Origin: Chloroflexota bacterium
GTDB lineage: Bacteria > Chloroflexota > UBA11872
Direction: 5' to 3'
NCBI GenBank assembly: GCA_026706485.1
Contig: JAPOYR010000006.1
Coordinates: forward strand, 21,194-85,193
Length of the DNA: 64,000 nucleotides
The notes beneath the pieces are model-generated. The model was not told the origin of the DNA. It saw nothing but the letters and a program-made list of their open reading frames with translations, and ran no database searches. The first letter of the stretch is position 1. Each line of letters starts with the position of its first letter. A program made the position numbers and the translations under genes. Shown here in pieces: positions 45,584 through 56,189 of this stretch.

Positions 45584-46543
45584 ATGAAGGTGCTGATCGT
45601 CCCGCACGCCGACTACTACGTCTTGCCGACCGACGAGCTTCGCGCGGAGTTTCCCGACGCGACCTTCGTCGAGCCGCAGACCCCGGAGGAGCGGCTGCGC
45701 GAGGTCGTCGACTCGGATGCCTTCTACGGCACGCCAACCGGCGAAGAGATGCGGGCGGCCACGCGCCTCCGCTGGATTCACAACCCCGGCATGGGCATCG
45801 ACCGGCTGATGAAGGTGCCCGAGATCGTCGCCTCCGACGTCGTGATCACCAACTCGCCCGGTCCCCACACCAACCCCATGGCCGACCATGCGTTCATGTT
45901 CATCCTGGCCCTGGCGCACTGCCTGGTGGAGACGCTGGAGGACCAGCGTCAGCGCGTGTGGGACACGGTGAAATACAACCACCGCATGCTGCCGCTCGAC
46001 GGAAGCCGTTTAGGAATCCTGTCGATGGGCGGCGTCGGTCGAGCCGTTGCCCAGCGCGCGCTGCCGTTCGGCATGCACGTGTACGCCATGGATCCCAGCC
46101 CCACCGACGTTCCCGCCGGCGTGCGCAAGGTCTATCCGCCCGAGGAATTGGACGAGATGCTGCGGCACACCGACTGGCTGGTCGTCACGTCGCCGTTCAT
46201 TCCCGCGACCGCCGACCTGATCAATGCCGAGCGCATGGCGCTCATGCCCGAGGGCTCGCACATCGTCGTGGTGTCCCGCGGCGGGATTGTGAATGAGGAC
46301 GCGCTGGCCGAGGCGCTGCACGGCGGTCACATCGCGGGCGCGGGGATCGACGCGACGGCCGTTGAGCCGCTGTCCCAGGAGAGTCCGCTCTGGGACGCGC
46401 CCAACATCCTCATCTCGCCCCACAGCTCGGCCTTGAGCACGACGCTTGCCGCCGAGCGCCAGGAAATCTTCTTCGCCAACCTGCGCCGCTTCGCCGCAGG
46501 CCGCTCGCTGGCGTTCGTCTGCCCCGTCGGCCGGGGGTACTGA
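45584..46543 (+). CDS. D-isomer-specific 2-hydroxyacid dehydrogenase, paralog 3
   Basis: GILSMGGVGRAV Rossmann motif, ISPHSSA catalytic His region. Confidence 0.75.
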   Translation: MKVLIVPHADYYVLPTDELRAEFPDATFVEPQTPEERLREVVDSDAFYGTPTGEEMRAATRLRWIHNPGMGIDRLMKVPEIVASDVVITNSPGPHTNPMADHAFMFILALAHCLVETLEDQRQRVWDTVKYNHRMLPLDGSRLGILSMGGVGRAVAQRALPFGMHVYAMDPSPTDVPAGVRKVYPPEELDEMLRHTDWLVVTSPFIPATADLINAERMALMPEGSHIVVVSRGGIVNEDALAEALHGGHIAGAGIDATAVEPLSQESPLWDAPNILISPHSSALSTTLAAERQEIFFANLRRFAAGRSLAFVCPVGRGY

Positions 46544-46624
46544 GTCTTAGGCGCGGATCGCCTCGCTTGGCCGTAACGCGCCGTAGTGGGAGTATTGGGG
46601 CACGGGCGGTTGGAGGTCGGACCC

Positions 46625-48370
46625 ATGGCGCATGACGGCAAGGTCAATGCCGGCAAGCTGAGCGATCTCGCGCCCGGTCGCTGCCACAGCCTGCGCGTCA
46701 ATGGGCGCACCCTGGTGCTCGTCCGCGACGGCGACGCGGTGCATGCGCTCGACAATCGCTGTCCCCACATGGGATTCCCGCTCGACCGCGGCAGCGTGGA
46801 CGACGGGATTCTCACCTGCCACTGGCACCACGCGCGCTTCGACGTGACCACGGGCGGCACGTTCGATCTTTGGGCCGACGATGTGCCGGCATTCCCGACC
46901 GATGTGATCGACGGCGACATCTGGATCGACCTGCGGGCCGATCGCGACGAGCTGGCGCATCACCGCCGCCGTCTGCGCGACGGCCTGGAGCGCAACCTGT
47001 CGCTGGTCATCGCCAAGGCGGTCATCGGCCTGCTGGAGGCCGGCGCGAACCCGCGCGAGCCGTTCCGCATTGGGCTGGAGTTCGGGGTGCGCTACCTCGC
47101 CGACGGCTGGGGGCAGGGCCTCACGGTGCTCACCTGCATGATGAACCTGCTGCCCCGGTTACCGCGCGACCAGCATGCTCGGGCGCTGTTTCACGGGCTG
47201 TCGAACGTGGCGAGCGACTGCGCGGGGGCCGCGCCGCGATTCCCCGCCGGTCCGCTCCCCGACGCTCCCGCCGATTCCGCCGCGCTCAAGCGCTGGTTCC
47301 GCCGCTCCGTCGAGGTTCGCGACGCCACCGGCGCCGAACGCTGTCTGCTCACCGCCGTGCGGGCCGGATTCGAGCCGGAGGCTCTGGCCGACATGCTGTT
47401 CGCCGCCGCGACCGACCACCGCTACCTGTCCAGTGGCCACGTGCTCGACTTCACCAACAAGGCGCTCGAGGCGCTTGACGTCGCCGGCTGGGACCTTGCC
47501 GAGGGCGTGCTGGCCTCGCTCGCTCGGGGGTATGCCAACGCGCAGCGCATGGAGGAGTCCAACGCCTGGCGGCGGCCGCACAACCTGGTGGAAATCCTGG
47601 AGGACTCGTTTGGCGAGATTCCAGATGTCGCCGCGGCGGCTGATCGGCGAGCTCCTTGGGCTGACCGCGGAACGCTGATCGACACTGTCCTGGGCGACGA
47701 CCCCGACGACATCGCCGCGTCGCTCACCGCCGCGCTGCGCTCGGGCACCGGCCCGGTGCAGCTCGCGGAGACCGTCGTGCAAGCCGCGGTCACGCGGGTT
47801 GCCCGTTTTCACGTCAGCAACGAGTTCGGCGACTGGGACCGCGCGCTGCACACGCTGTCGTTTGCCAACGCGGTTCGCTGCGGCCTGATGCGGTCGCCGT
47901 CGCGCGAGTTGGTGCGTGGCGTCTACGACGCGGCCATGAGCGTCTACCTCGACCGCTTCCTCAACGTCCCTCCGGCGCGCGTGCCGAGTCTCGACGGCCA
48001 GCCGCCGACGCCGGGCGCCGAGCTGCTGCGGCAATTGCCCGACATCCTGGATCGGCGGCAGCGCGTCGACGACGCCGCGCGGGTGGTAGTCGAGTACCGC
48101 GCCGGCGATGGGCGCGACGACGATCTCCTCGCGGCCATGGGCGGTGCGCTGCTGCGCGAGGACCGCAACTTCCACACCATCCAGGCGGTTGAGGCGGCGA
48201 TGCGGCAGTTCGACCTAGCGACGCAATCTGAAGACGCCACCATGGCCCTCGTGGCCGGCGCGCGCTATCTCGCGGCGCACGCGCCCACGGTGCGCGCCCA
48301 GGGCCAGACGTTTCAGATCGCCCAGCGCCTGCATCGTGGCGAGGCGCTCTACGAGGAATCGCCCGACTAG
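46625..48370 (+). CDS. Rieske [2Fe-2S] domain fused to a large uncharacterised alpha-helical domain
   Basis: CPHMGFPL...CHWHHARF (CxH-x17-CxxH) in the first about 100 aa. The following about 480 aa is unrecognised. Confidence 0.55.
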   Translation: MAHDGKVNAGKLSDLAPGRCHSLRVNGRTLVLVRDGDAVHALDNRCPHMGFPLDRGSVDDGILTCHWHHARFDVTTGGTFDLWADDVPAFPTDVIDGDIWIDLRADRDELAHHRRRLRDGLERNLSLVIAKAVIGLLEAGANPREPFRIGLEFGVRYLADGWGQGLTVLTCMMNLLPRLPRDQHARALFHGLSNVASDCAGAAPRFPAGPLPDAPADSAALKRWFRRSVEVRDATGAERCLLTAVRAGFEPEALADMLFAAATDHRYLSSGHVLDFTNKALEALDVAGWDLAEGVLASLARGYANAQRMEESNAWRRPHNLVEILEDSFGEIPDVAAAADRRAPWADRGTLIDTVLGDDPDDIAASLTAALRSGTGPVQLAETVVQAAVTRVARFHVSNEFGDWDRALHTLSFANAVRCGLMRSPSRELVRGVYDAAMSVYLDRFLNVPPARVPSLDGQPPTPGAELLRQLPDILDRRQRVDDAARVVVEYRAGDGRDDDLLAAMGGALLREDRNFHTIQAVEAAMRQFDLATQSEDATMALVAGARYLAAHAPTVRAQGQTFQIAQRLHRGEALYEESPD

Positions 48371-48374
48371 CGGT

Positions 48375-48560
48375 ATCCGGTGGCCCAGGCTGCGCGCAGC
48401 CTGGGCGATTCGACCACGACCGGTCCCACGCTGCACGCAGCGTGGGCCACCGAAGGCTCTCTCGGATTGTCATTCCGAGCGCAGCGAGGAATCTAAGGAG
48501 CGGGGAGAAGGCGCAACGTCCTTAGGGTCCTCACATTCGTTCGGAGTGACACGTCAAGTC
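48375..48560. repeat. Repeat mosaic: family D copy 2 (two hairpins) followed by family B copy 1
   Basis: GGTGGCCCAGGCTGCGCGCAGCCTGGG ... CCCACGCTGCACGCAGCGTGGG ... GTCATTCCGAGCGCAGCGAGGAATC. Confidence 0.6.
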
Positions 48561-48576
48561 CGGCCGAATGCGGCCC

Positions 48577-49701
48577 CTACGCCGCCCCATTCGTTGACGG
48601 CGTCGCGAAGTCGAAGAGCTTCAGCGCCGTCTCGCCCATGATCTTGCGTTTCGTCTCCGCGGGAAACGGCTTGATCATCACCTCGCGCGGGTGGTCGAAG
48701 TCGTGGTGCGGCCAGTCTGACGCGAAGACCACGTGGTCCTTGCCATCGATCAGGTCGATCAGCGTCACCAGGTCTTGCGGACGCTCCGGCTCTTCAACCG
48801 GCTGCGTGCAGAAGTAAAACTCGCGGATGTAGTGGCTCGGCGGCTTGGTGAGCAGGGGCGCCTGGTGGCGCAGCTCGTGGTACTCCTTGTCCAGGTGCCA
48901 CAGGACGTAGGGCACCCACGACACGCCGCCTTCCGTGAACACGACATTCAGATCGGGGAAGCGCACCGGCATGCCGGTCTCGATCATGCTGAAGATGTTG
49001 GCCATCAGCGCGAATCCATGCTCCACCGAATGCCGCCCCAGCTGGGTCGCGAACTGCTCCGTGTTGAAAGGGAAGTTCGTGTGCAGGATTCCGCCGACGC
49101 TGTGCAGCATCACGGGGCAGCCGGTTTCCTGGGCGGCCTCGAAGATGGGGTCGTACATCGTGTGGCCCCACAGGGGGCGGACGGCGCAGGTCGGCAGGAA
49201 CACGCCGACGAAGTCCTTGCGTGAGCCGTATTTGCGGATCTCCCGCGCGGCGTCCTCCGGGTCTTGCGGCGCGGCCAGGACGGTGCCGTACAACCCCTGC
49301 GCAGGGTCCGTCCAACGCTCCGCCAGCCAGGCGTTGAAGGCCCGGGCCACCGCCGCCGCGAAGTCGGCCTGCGGCAGGACGGCCATCCGCAGCAGGAAGT
49401 CGGGGAACAGGATGGCGATGTCGATGGACATGGCGTCCAGGTCCTCGCGCATCTGGTCGGCGGTCGTCACCGTGCGGTGCGTCAGGCCGCGGCCAGGCAC
49501 CGGCAGGTCGAAGGGTGTGGCTGGTGCGTATCCCGGAGCCTCCAGGTAGCGGCGCGGCACGTCGCCCAGGTGTTCCAGGGCCACGCGCCACGGTTCGTCG
49601 CAATAGGGCGCCAGCGCCTCGGGGGGATCGTTGGCGTGCACGTCGCAGTCGACGATGACGAGGTCGTTGACCGTGAGCGGACGTTCGCGCTGGGCCGCCA
49701 T
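48577..49701 (-). CDS. Amidohydrolase_2 (ACMSD/lactonase-type) family protein
   Basis: VIVDCDVHAN N-terminal metal-binding motif, HSVG, FASDWPHHD C-terminal motif. Confidence 0.7.
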   Translation of the reverse strand: MAAQRERPLTVNDLVIVDCDVHANDPPEALAPYCDEPWRVALEHLGDVPRRYLEAPGYAPATPFDLPVPGRGLTHRTVTTADQMREDLDAMSIDIAILFPDFLLRMAVLPQADFAAAVARAFNAWLAERWTDPAQGLYGTVLAAPQDPEDAAREIRKYGSRKDFVGVFLPTCAVRPLWGHTMYDPIFEAAQETGCPVMLHSVGGILHTNFPFNTEQFATQLGRHSVEHGFALMANIFSMIETGMPVRFPDLNVVFTEGGVSWVPYVLWHLDKEYHELRHQAPLLTKPPSHYIREFYFCTQPVEEPERPQDLVTLIDLIDGKDHVVFASDWPHHDFDHPREVMIKPFPAETKRKIMGETALKLFDFATPSTNGAA

Positions 49702-49829
49702 GTAGGAACTCACTGGGTTGTGGGAGGCTGATTCTAGCCCGGAACGATCTTTTCCGTGCCCGACCAGCGTGTTGGGCATGTGAGAGTCGCCGACACCCTG
49801 GGCCGATCGATGCCAAACGCGTCGCCGAG

Positions 49830-52100
49830 CTAGCTGGCTCCCGCCGTCGCCGCGCTTACGGTCGCGGGGATCCTTTGGTAGCTCACCGTATCCGGAATCT
49901 GCGGATCGGTGGTCAGCGTGACGCTGTCCGGGTAGCGAACCACGTGCGTACCGCCGCCGATCCAGGCCCAGTTCTTGCCATACGCGTTGAACGTCTGGCG
50001 CGGCGCGGCGAGCGTAAGGCCGTGGGAGCCGAGGCTGAGCGTCTGTTCGTTGCCGATATGGTCGGAGAGGTAGATGGCGTCGGCGGACGTTGCCTCGTCG
50101 GTCGCAAAGGTCAGTGTCAGATCGATCGGTGCCCGCTTGCGGTTGTAGAACACGCTGGTGATGAATCCCGGGCCCGGCAGATCGATCCGGACCGGCCCGG
50201 CATACGCGTTGGCCGCGAGCTCTCCGCGAATATCCGGCCGCTTTGCGCGCTGGGGATGTTGCCGGGTGACGTGCGACATAAAGCGCACGGCCACGCGCGC
50301 CCCCTGCCCTGAGACTTGCGACAGCGGGTAGTTGATCAGCTTGTGCAGCGCAACCTCGTCCGCGCCGCCGACCAAGGCGTTGGCAATGGCCTGGATGATG
50401 AAATGCGCCACGTCCGTGTCGTCGAAGTACGCTCCCAGCCCGGGATCGTCCTGCAGGCCCATCTCCATCGCGATGAGCCGTCGGGTGCCGGCCAGCGGGT
50501 CCGGTTCGCCCACCGTTTCCGAGAGGCCGTCGAGCGCCGCGCGGTAGTTGGCGGCCATCTCGTATACGCGCTCGGGCTCCTTGTGCAGCGTGAGGGACAT
50601 GTCGTGGAACGAGAAATTCCTGGCAACCAGGGCTTCACGATCGGTTTGCGCGGCCAGGAAGCTCACCCAGCCGTCCCAGAACTGCATTTGTCGCGTCGTG
50701 TCGTCACAGCTCCGATCCACGACGCTGAGCGATGGAAAGATCAGGCGCGCCCCAGGGTCGGCGGCGATCATGGCCTCGTACGCGACCTGCACCAGGCGGT
50801 ACAGCAGGCGCTCGCGCTCGGCGTCGTCGATCTCGTTTGCGGCGGCCGGACCCGAGCCGTCGGTGCGGTCCACCCATCGCTTGTGCGGTTCTCCGCCCCA
50901 GGCATAGCCCGGCATCCGCGGGCGACAGATGTCCGGTTCGTTCGCCGGAATCCAGCGCGAGATCGAATTCAGGCCCGACGCCGACGGCGTGGCTCCTCCG
51001 TCGAGCGGCCGTCGGCTCTCGACCACGCCGCGGACGAACCGGCCGAAGTGGTTCGACGGATCGGCAGCCGGCAGCTCGAGCCCGTTGGGTGGGTTGAACT
51101 TCGCGGGCTCCGACACCCCGCCGCCTGCATACGCCGGCGTGAACTGCAGCAGCCCGATGACCTCCCTCGAGACGCGGAAGTTGCGGTCGGTGGCGATCGT
51201 GGGCAGCGCGGCATCGCTGTACGAGTCCATGGCGCTCCAGATGAACTGCTCACGGGCCCACCAGAGCCCAAGGCGGTTCATGTGATCGATGCCGGCGGCG
51301 ACACCCTGCTCGCTGGCCAGGGTGCAGCCGAATCCAGGGTCGATTCCCTTGACCGTGCCCGGGAGGTCGTCGGAGATGCCGGACGCCTCGTCCGAAAGCG
51401 CGAACTCCTCGGGCAAGACGGTGTCGGTCGGCAGGCCGGCCTGGCCTTGGAAATATCTCTTGTAGTTTTGCCCCAACACGCCAAGTCGGACATTCCCGCC
51501 GACTCTCTCGAGCCCGAGATTGGCAAAGAGGTTTCGAACCTTGCCGGCAAAGCTGCGTGGCCGGGATCTCGCCGCACCCGTCTGAAGGGCTGGATTGGAG
51601 GTGATGAACGCCGCAATCGTGGAATCGACCGCCGTCACGTGGCTGTATTGGGGCCAGCCGTCGAATTCGAGCTTGGTGGCGTTCGAGAAGCTGCGTGACA
51701 CGCGAGGCCCGGTCACGATGAGATCGACGATGGGCGCCAGGCGCGCCGCGCCGCCGGCCCGCGGCTGGGAGAATAACGCGCAGGCGAAGAGCTGATACCA
51801 GTTGCCGGCGTCGCTCCACACGCGGCTGATCGGCGGGCCGTACCACGCGTGGCCGCCGGCCGCGTCGTAGAGCGACCAGAATTTCGGACCGGCGGGGTCG
51901 TCGCGGACGTAGAAGCCCAACAGACCTCCGTCGATTGGGAAGAATGCCCCGTCCACGGTCTCGATCGCGTCGGGTGGAAGCAGCTGCTCGGTCCCGAGGA
52001 CAGGTGGCGATGTCGAGATTCGGGCAATGCCCCCGGCGGCAAGCGCCGCCATGACGGCGAGAAACCGACGCCGGCTCAAGATGGCCGCGTGACTTGGCAC
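49830..52100 (-). CDS. Large Tat-secreted hypothetical protein (756 aa)
   Basis: Twin-arginine signal SRRRFLAVMAALAAGG. No catalytic motif recognised. Confidence 0.4.
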   Translation of the reverse strand: MPSHAAILSRRRFLAVMAALAAGGIARISTSPPVLGTEQLLPPDAIETVDGAFFPIDGGLLGFYVRDDPAGPKFWSLYDAAGGHAWYGPPISRVWSDAGNWYQLFACALFSQPRAGGAARLAPIVDLIVTGPRVSRSFSNATKLEFDGWPQYSHVTAVDSTIAAFITSNPALQTGAARSRPRSFAGKVRNLFANLGLERVGGNVRLGVLGQNYKRYFQGQAGLPTDTVLPEEFALSDEASGISDDLPGTVKGIDPGFGCTLASEQGVAAGIDHMNRLGLWWAREQFIWSAMDSYSDAALPTIATDRNFRVSREVIGLLQFTPAYAGGGVSEPAKFNPPNGLELPAADPSNHFGRFVRGVVESRRPLDGGATPSASGLNSISRWIPANEPDICRPRMPGYAWGGEPHKRWVDRTDGSGPAAANEIDDAERERLLYRLVQVAYEAMIAADPGARLIFPSLSVVDRSCDDTTRQMQFWDGWVSFLAAQTDREALVARNFSFHDMSLTLHKEPERVYEMAANYRAALDGLSETVGEPDPLAGTRRLIAMEMGLQDDPGLGAYFDDTDVAHFIIQAIANALVGGADEVALHKLINYPLSQVSGQGARVAVRFMSHVTRQHPQRAKRPDIRGELAANAYAGPVRIDLPGPGFITSVFYNRKRAPIDLTLTFATDEATSADAIYLSDHIGNEQTLSLGSHGLTLAAPRQTFNAYGKNWAWIGGGTHVVRYPDSVTLTTDPQIPDTVSYQRIPATVSAATAGAS

Positions 52101-52217
52101 TTAGGTCGTTGCTCCGATGCTTCGGCAGAACTGCGAACGGCGAGGGGCGTTTCCGCACCGTACAAGAGCTTTGGAATCCGCGTGCCTGCTCCCGGCCTTC
52201 GGATCGGGGGCTTGCTC

Positions 52218-54566
52218 CTACGAGGCGATGCCCGACGCGTCCGCTTCAGCCGAGGACGGCGAATCCAGGCGCACCGGCCACCAGTTCCAGCGGCGCAGCA
52301 GGATCACCAGGCTGGGCACGAACAGCGCGCGCACGACGAAGGTATCCAGCAGGACGCCCAGCATCACGGCGAATCCCAGCTGGAAAATGTCGCGCAGGGG
52401 CAGTGTGGCCAGGATCGAGAAGGTGCCGGCCAGGATCAGGCCAGCCGAGGTGATGACGCCTCCGGTGCGCGCCACTGCCAGACGCGTGCCTTCGACCAGG
52501 CCACGCGCCCGAATCTCCTCGCGGACGCGCGACATGATCAGGATGTTGTAGTCGGCGCCCAGCGCGGCCAGGAAGATGAACATGAAGACGGCGTTCTGAT
52601 AGCCCACGCCGGGATGCCCCATCAGGTTCTGGAAGATCACGACCGATATGCCCAGCGCGGAGAGAAAGCTCAACAGCACGCTGCCGATGAGGTAGGTAGC
52701 CGCGACCAGGCTGCGCAGCAGCAGCAAGAGGATGAACCAGATGAGCACCACCACAATCGGTCCGACAAGCCGAACGTCGGTGTTCACCGAGGCCCATGCG
52801 TCCGTCTGCAGCGCGGTTGGGCCGCCGACCAGGACCTCGGCGTCGGCCAGGCTGGTGCCCTCGACCGTGCTCCGCGCCGTCGCGCGGACTTCGTCGATGC
52901 GCTCGATGGCCGGAATGCCGTAGGGATCGTCCCCCATCACCACGTCCAGCCGGGCCGTGCTGCCGTCGGGCGAGATGAAGCGGCCGGCGGCCATGAAGGC
53001 CTCGATCACGGCTTGCATTTGCGGATCGGCGTTCGACGGCGGACGGGCCGCCGGTGCGCCGGTTGGCGCGCCGCCCCGGAGGATGCCGGGCGGAAGGTTG
53101 GCAACGGCCGCCTGCAGCGCGGCTGGCTCCACGGCCGGCGCCTCGCCCGTGGGCCGCGTGGGTCCGCTCACCCGCGTGACGCCCGGGATGTCGGCGATGG
53201 CCTCGGCCACGCGGTCGACATCCACCAGGCTGGTCAGAACGTTGTCGGTATTCAGATAGACATTCGTCGGCGCCAGCTCACCGGCGCCGAAGGCGTCGTC
53301 CATGATCTGGGCGCCGATCTTGGACTCGGCGTCGTCCGGGAAGCCGCCGATGAAGCTGAAGTTGGGGGTGATGGTGGGCGTGCCGGCGGCGAATGCCACC
53401 AACAGCACGAAGGTCGCCGTGAAGGTGGCCACCGGGCGGCGGGTCACGAAGTCCGCGACGCGCGACCAGATGCGGGAGTGCTCGGTGCCGGTCACGTGCA
53501 TGCGTCCGGGCCAGAACGCCGCGCGTCCCAGCAGCACCGCCATGGCTGGAATGAACGTAAGCCCGCTGAGCAGCATCAGGAACATCGCCAGCGCCAGCAC
53601 CGGCCCCATCGTCTGAAACGATCCGAACGTGGCCAGCAGCAGCGCCAGCATGGCCGCGATGGTGGTGCCGGCGCTGGATGCAATCGCGGGTCCCACCCGG
53701 CGCAGCGCCACCTGCATGGCGCGCCAGCGGTCGGGCTGTTGCCGCAGCTCCTCCCGATATCGGGCCACAATGAAGAGCGTAAAGTCGGTGCCGGCGCCGA
53801 ACATGAGCACTGACATCAGCGCCGTCACCTGGCCGTTGAGCAGCAGCCCGGCGTTTTCGGCCAGCGTTGCCGCCACTCCCTGGGCGATCACCAGCGTCCA
53901 ACCCACGCCGGCCAGCGGAAGCAGGGCCAGCGCGGGTGAGCGGTAGATCAGCAGCAACAGCACGAGGACGAAGAGCACGGTGAAGAGCGTCACCCGGAAG
54001 TCGATCGACGCGAACACCTCCACGGCGTCGGAGATGATTCCCGCGGGACCGGTGATGGCCACGGTGAGACCCGCAGCGGCGGTTCCGGCGCGCGCCTGGT
54101 CGCGAATCCAGCGAATGACCTCGCGAAACTCCTCCTCCGCCGGCGAGCCGCTGATCGTTACGATCGTCGTCACGGTTGTGCCGTCCGGCGCCAGCAACGC
54201 GTTCGCCGCCATCGGAGAGGAGGTGCTCAGCGCGAGCACGTTTTGGATGCCGGGCGGTGCGTCGGGCGACTGCAGCGTTTCGTCCACCCGCGCCACGGCC
54301 GCCAGATCCGAGTCGGACAGGCCGTCCGGTTGGTGGAAGACGACGATGGCGGGAATGCCCTGCCCGCGCGGGAATTTTTCCCGGACCAGTTGGAGGACGC
54401 GCAGGGACTCCGAGCCGTCCGGGAGGAAGTTCTCCTGCTCGTTGGTGGTGACGTCGGAGAGCGGCGGGGCCGTGACGACCACGGCGGCGCCCACCACGCC
54501 CCAGATGGCGATGACGATCGCCGCCCGGCGCCAACTGGTAGCAAAGCTGGCAACTAGCCCGAACAT
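52218..54566 (-). CDS. MMPL-family (RND-superfamily) membrane transporter
   Basis: 782 aa, two 6-TM bundles separated by periplasmic domains. Typical MMPL N-terminus. Confidence 0.8.
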   Translation of the reverse strand: MFGLVASFATSWRRAAIVIAIWGVVGAAVVVTAPPLSDVTTNEQENFLPDGSESLRVLQLVREKFPRGQGIPAIVVFHQPDGLSDSDLAAVARVDETLQSPDAPPGIQNVLALSTSSPMAANALLAPDGTTVTTIVTISGSPAEEEFREVIRWIRDQARAGTAAAGLTVAITGPAGIISDAVEVFASIDFRVTLFTVLFVLVLLLLIYRSPALALLPLAGVGWTLVIAQGVAATLAENAGLLLNGQVTALMSVLMFGAGTDFTLFIVARYREELRQQPDRWRAMQVALRRVGPAIASSAGTTIAAMLALLLATFGSFQTMGPVLALAMFLMLLSGLTFIPAMAVLLGRAAFWPGRMHVTGTEHSRIWSRVADFVTRRPVATFTATFVLLVAFAAGTPTITPNFSFIGGFPDDAESKIGAQIMDDAFGAGELAPTNVYLNTDNVLTSLVDVDRVAEAIADIPGVTRVSGPTRPTGEAPAVEPAALQAAVANLPPGILRGGAPTGAPAARPPSNADPQMQAVIEAFMAAGRFISPDGSTARLDVVMGDDPYGIPAIERIDEVRATARSTVEGTSLADAEVLVGGPTALQTDAWASVNTDVRLVGPIVVVLIWFILLLLLRSLVAATYLIGSVLLSFLSALGISVVIFQNLMGHPGVGYQNAVFMFIFLAALGADYNILIMSRVREEIRARGLVEGTRLAVARTGGVITSAGLILAGTFSILATLPLRDIFQLGFAVMLGVLLDTFVVRALFVPSLVILLRRWNWWPVRLDSPSSAEADASGIAS

Positions 54567-54760
54567 CTAACGCAACCCTATGGCGACGGCGCGAGGTTGA
54601 TTGTGAACAAATGTACGAAGTCCCGTGGTCCCGGCCTTCCGCGCGGCGCCGCGAGGTCGCAGAATTGGTCCATGGATGAGTTGTCCGGACCACGAACCAA
54701 ACTTCGGCGGCCCGCAGCGCCGGGCGGCGTGCGCGCCGCACTGCGCGGACTCCTCACCTT

Positions 54761-54790
54761 CGTCATTCCCGCGAAGGCGGGAATCCAGTC
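54761..54790. repeat. Family A hairpin fragment
   Basis: CGTCATTCCCGCGAAGGCGGGAATCCAGTCC inside the 440-bp MMPL/Ldh2 intergenic region. Confidence 0.6.
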
Positions 54791-55008
54791 CGGACTGCGC
54801 CGATTCCTGAAGCTGTTGGTGGACCCCATCGGACCCCGGGGCGCCGGCGCCATGCCCTCCGGGCCGCGGCCCCACGTCCCCGTGCGGGGCGCCTGGGAGT
54901 CCGCCTGCGGCTGGGAGGCGCGCTGGAATGCCTGGCTGGCCAGTCCCACCGGCCCCATGTGGCGCGGCGACGGAGAGCAGCCCCACCGCCGCTAGTCCGG
55001 GCCGACCG

Positions 55009-56055
55009 TCAGGCGATGTCCAGCCCGAGGGACGCGGCGCTGTCCACCAGGTCCTGCCACACGTCGTCGTGCAGCGGAATCCCGTCGCGCTCGCGCTGTA
55101 GGCGGGTGCGCGCCTCTAGGTCGCCGGGCGCCAGCACTTCGCTGAATCCCGGCGCGGGCTCCGCCGCGTGGACCTGGTCGACCAGCTCCCGCGCGCCGCT
55201 CAGGTAGGCGTCCATGTCGCGGAAGAGGTCGGCCCGCGCGAACAGCATCGTCACGCCCTGGTGGCGCATGATGTCGCCCCCGCGCGTTTCCTCGGCGAAG
55301 TCGTCCGATCCGGAGAAGGTGCGCCCCAGGAACTCGGCGGCCATCATCAGCGCGTAGCCCTTGTGCGCCCCGAAGGGAACATGGCCACCGCCGTCGAAGA
55401 ACGCCTGAGGATCGGTCGTCGGATTCCCCTCGGCATCGATGATGCTGCCCGGCGGCAGCGTCTCGCCGCGCTTCTGGGCGTTGACCACCTTCACGCCGGA
55501 GAGCGCCGTGGTGGCGAAGTCGAACATCATGGGCGGCGCGCCCGCGACGGGGAAGCCCATCGCAATCGGGTTGGTGTGCAGCACGCGCGTGCGACCGCCA
55601 TAGGGCACCGTCTGCGGGTCGACGGCGCCGAACCCGCCGGCGCAAACCAGCGAGACCTGGCCCTCCGCCGCGGCCATCTCCACGTAGTGGCCCAGGCGTC
55701 CGATGTGGTGTGACTGGACCAGCGAGACCAGGGCCAGGCCGGACGTGGCCGCCTTGCCGATGCCCAGCTCGGCGCCGTACTTCGCCGCCACCTGCCCAAA
55801 CGTCCAGTTGCCGGTGACCAGCGCCCCGCCGTCGAGGTCTTTGAGGGCTTCCGGGCGCGCGCACGGCAGCAGTTGGTCGGCCCTGATGGCGGTCACGTAC
55901 CCCGAAAGCTGTGTGACCCCGTGGGTCACGACGCCGCTCATGTCGGCGATGACTAGATGGTTGGCCACGTCGGCTGCATTCTCGTCCGTTGCTCCGGCGG
56001 CGCCCAGGATCTCGAGCACGATCCGCCGCAGCTCGCCCGCTTGTTTCGTGACCAT
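55009..56055 (-). CDS. Ldh_2-family (malate/L-lactate/sulfolactate type-2) dehydrogenase
   Basis: 348 aa; HGVTQL, HHIGRLG, NPIAMGFP conserved blocks. Confidence 0.75.
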   Translation of the reverse strand: MVTKQAGELRRIVLEILGAAGATDENAADVANHLVIADMSGVVTHGVTQLSGYVTAIRADQLLPCARPEALKDLDGGALVTGNWTFGQVAAKYGAELGIGKAATSGLALVSLVQSHHIGRLGHYVEMAAAEGQVSLVCAGGFGAVDPQTVPYGGRTRVLHTNPIAMGFPVAGAPPMMFDFATTALSGVKVVNAQKRGETLPPGSIIDAEGNPTTDPQAFFDGGGHVPFGAHKGYALMMAAEFLGRTFSGSDDFAEETRGGDIMRHQGVTMLFARADLFRDMDAYLSGARELVDQVHAAEPAPGFSEVLAPGDLEARTRLQRERDGIPLHDDVWQDLVDSAASLGLDIA

Positions 56056-56189
56056 GGCTTCGTCCTCGTTCCAGCGCGCATCGACTGCCCGCTACCGATG
56101 GTGCGCGATGCCATGCCCGGCCGCCACCCCACGGCGGAGCCCCTGACCATCGCTTCGTCAATCCCGCGGACGGCGACCGTTGCGCAATC

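Noticed and set aside
52117-54741. Several long ORFs on both strands within the MMPL gene (for example 51849-53813 plus, 53278-54741 minus).
   Set aside because: Only the 52218-54566 frame gives a coherent 12-TM MMPL protein; the others are Arg/Gly/His-rich.
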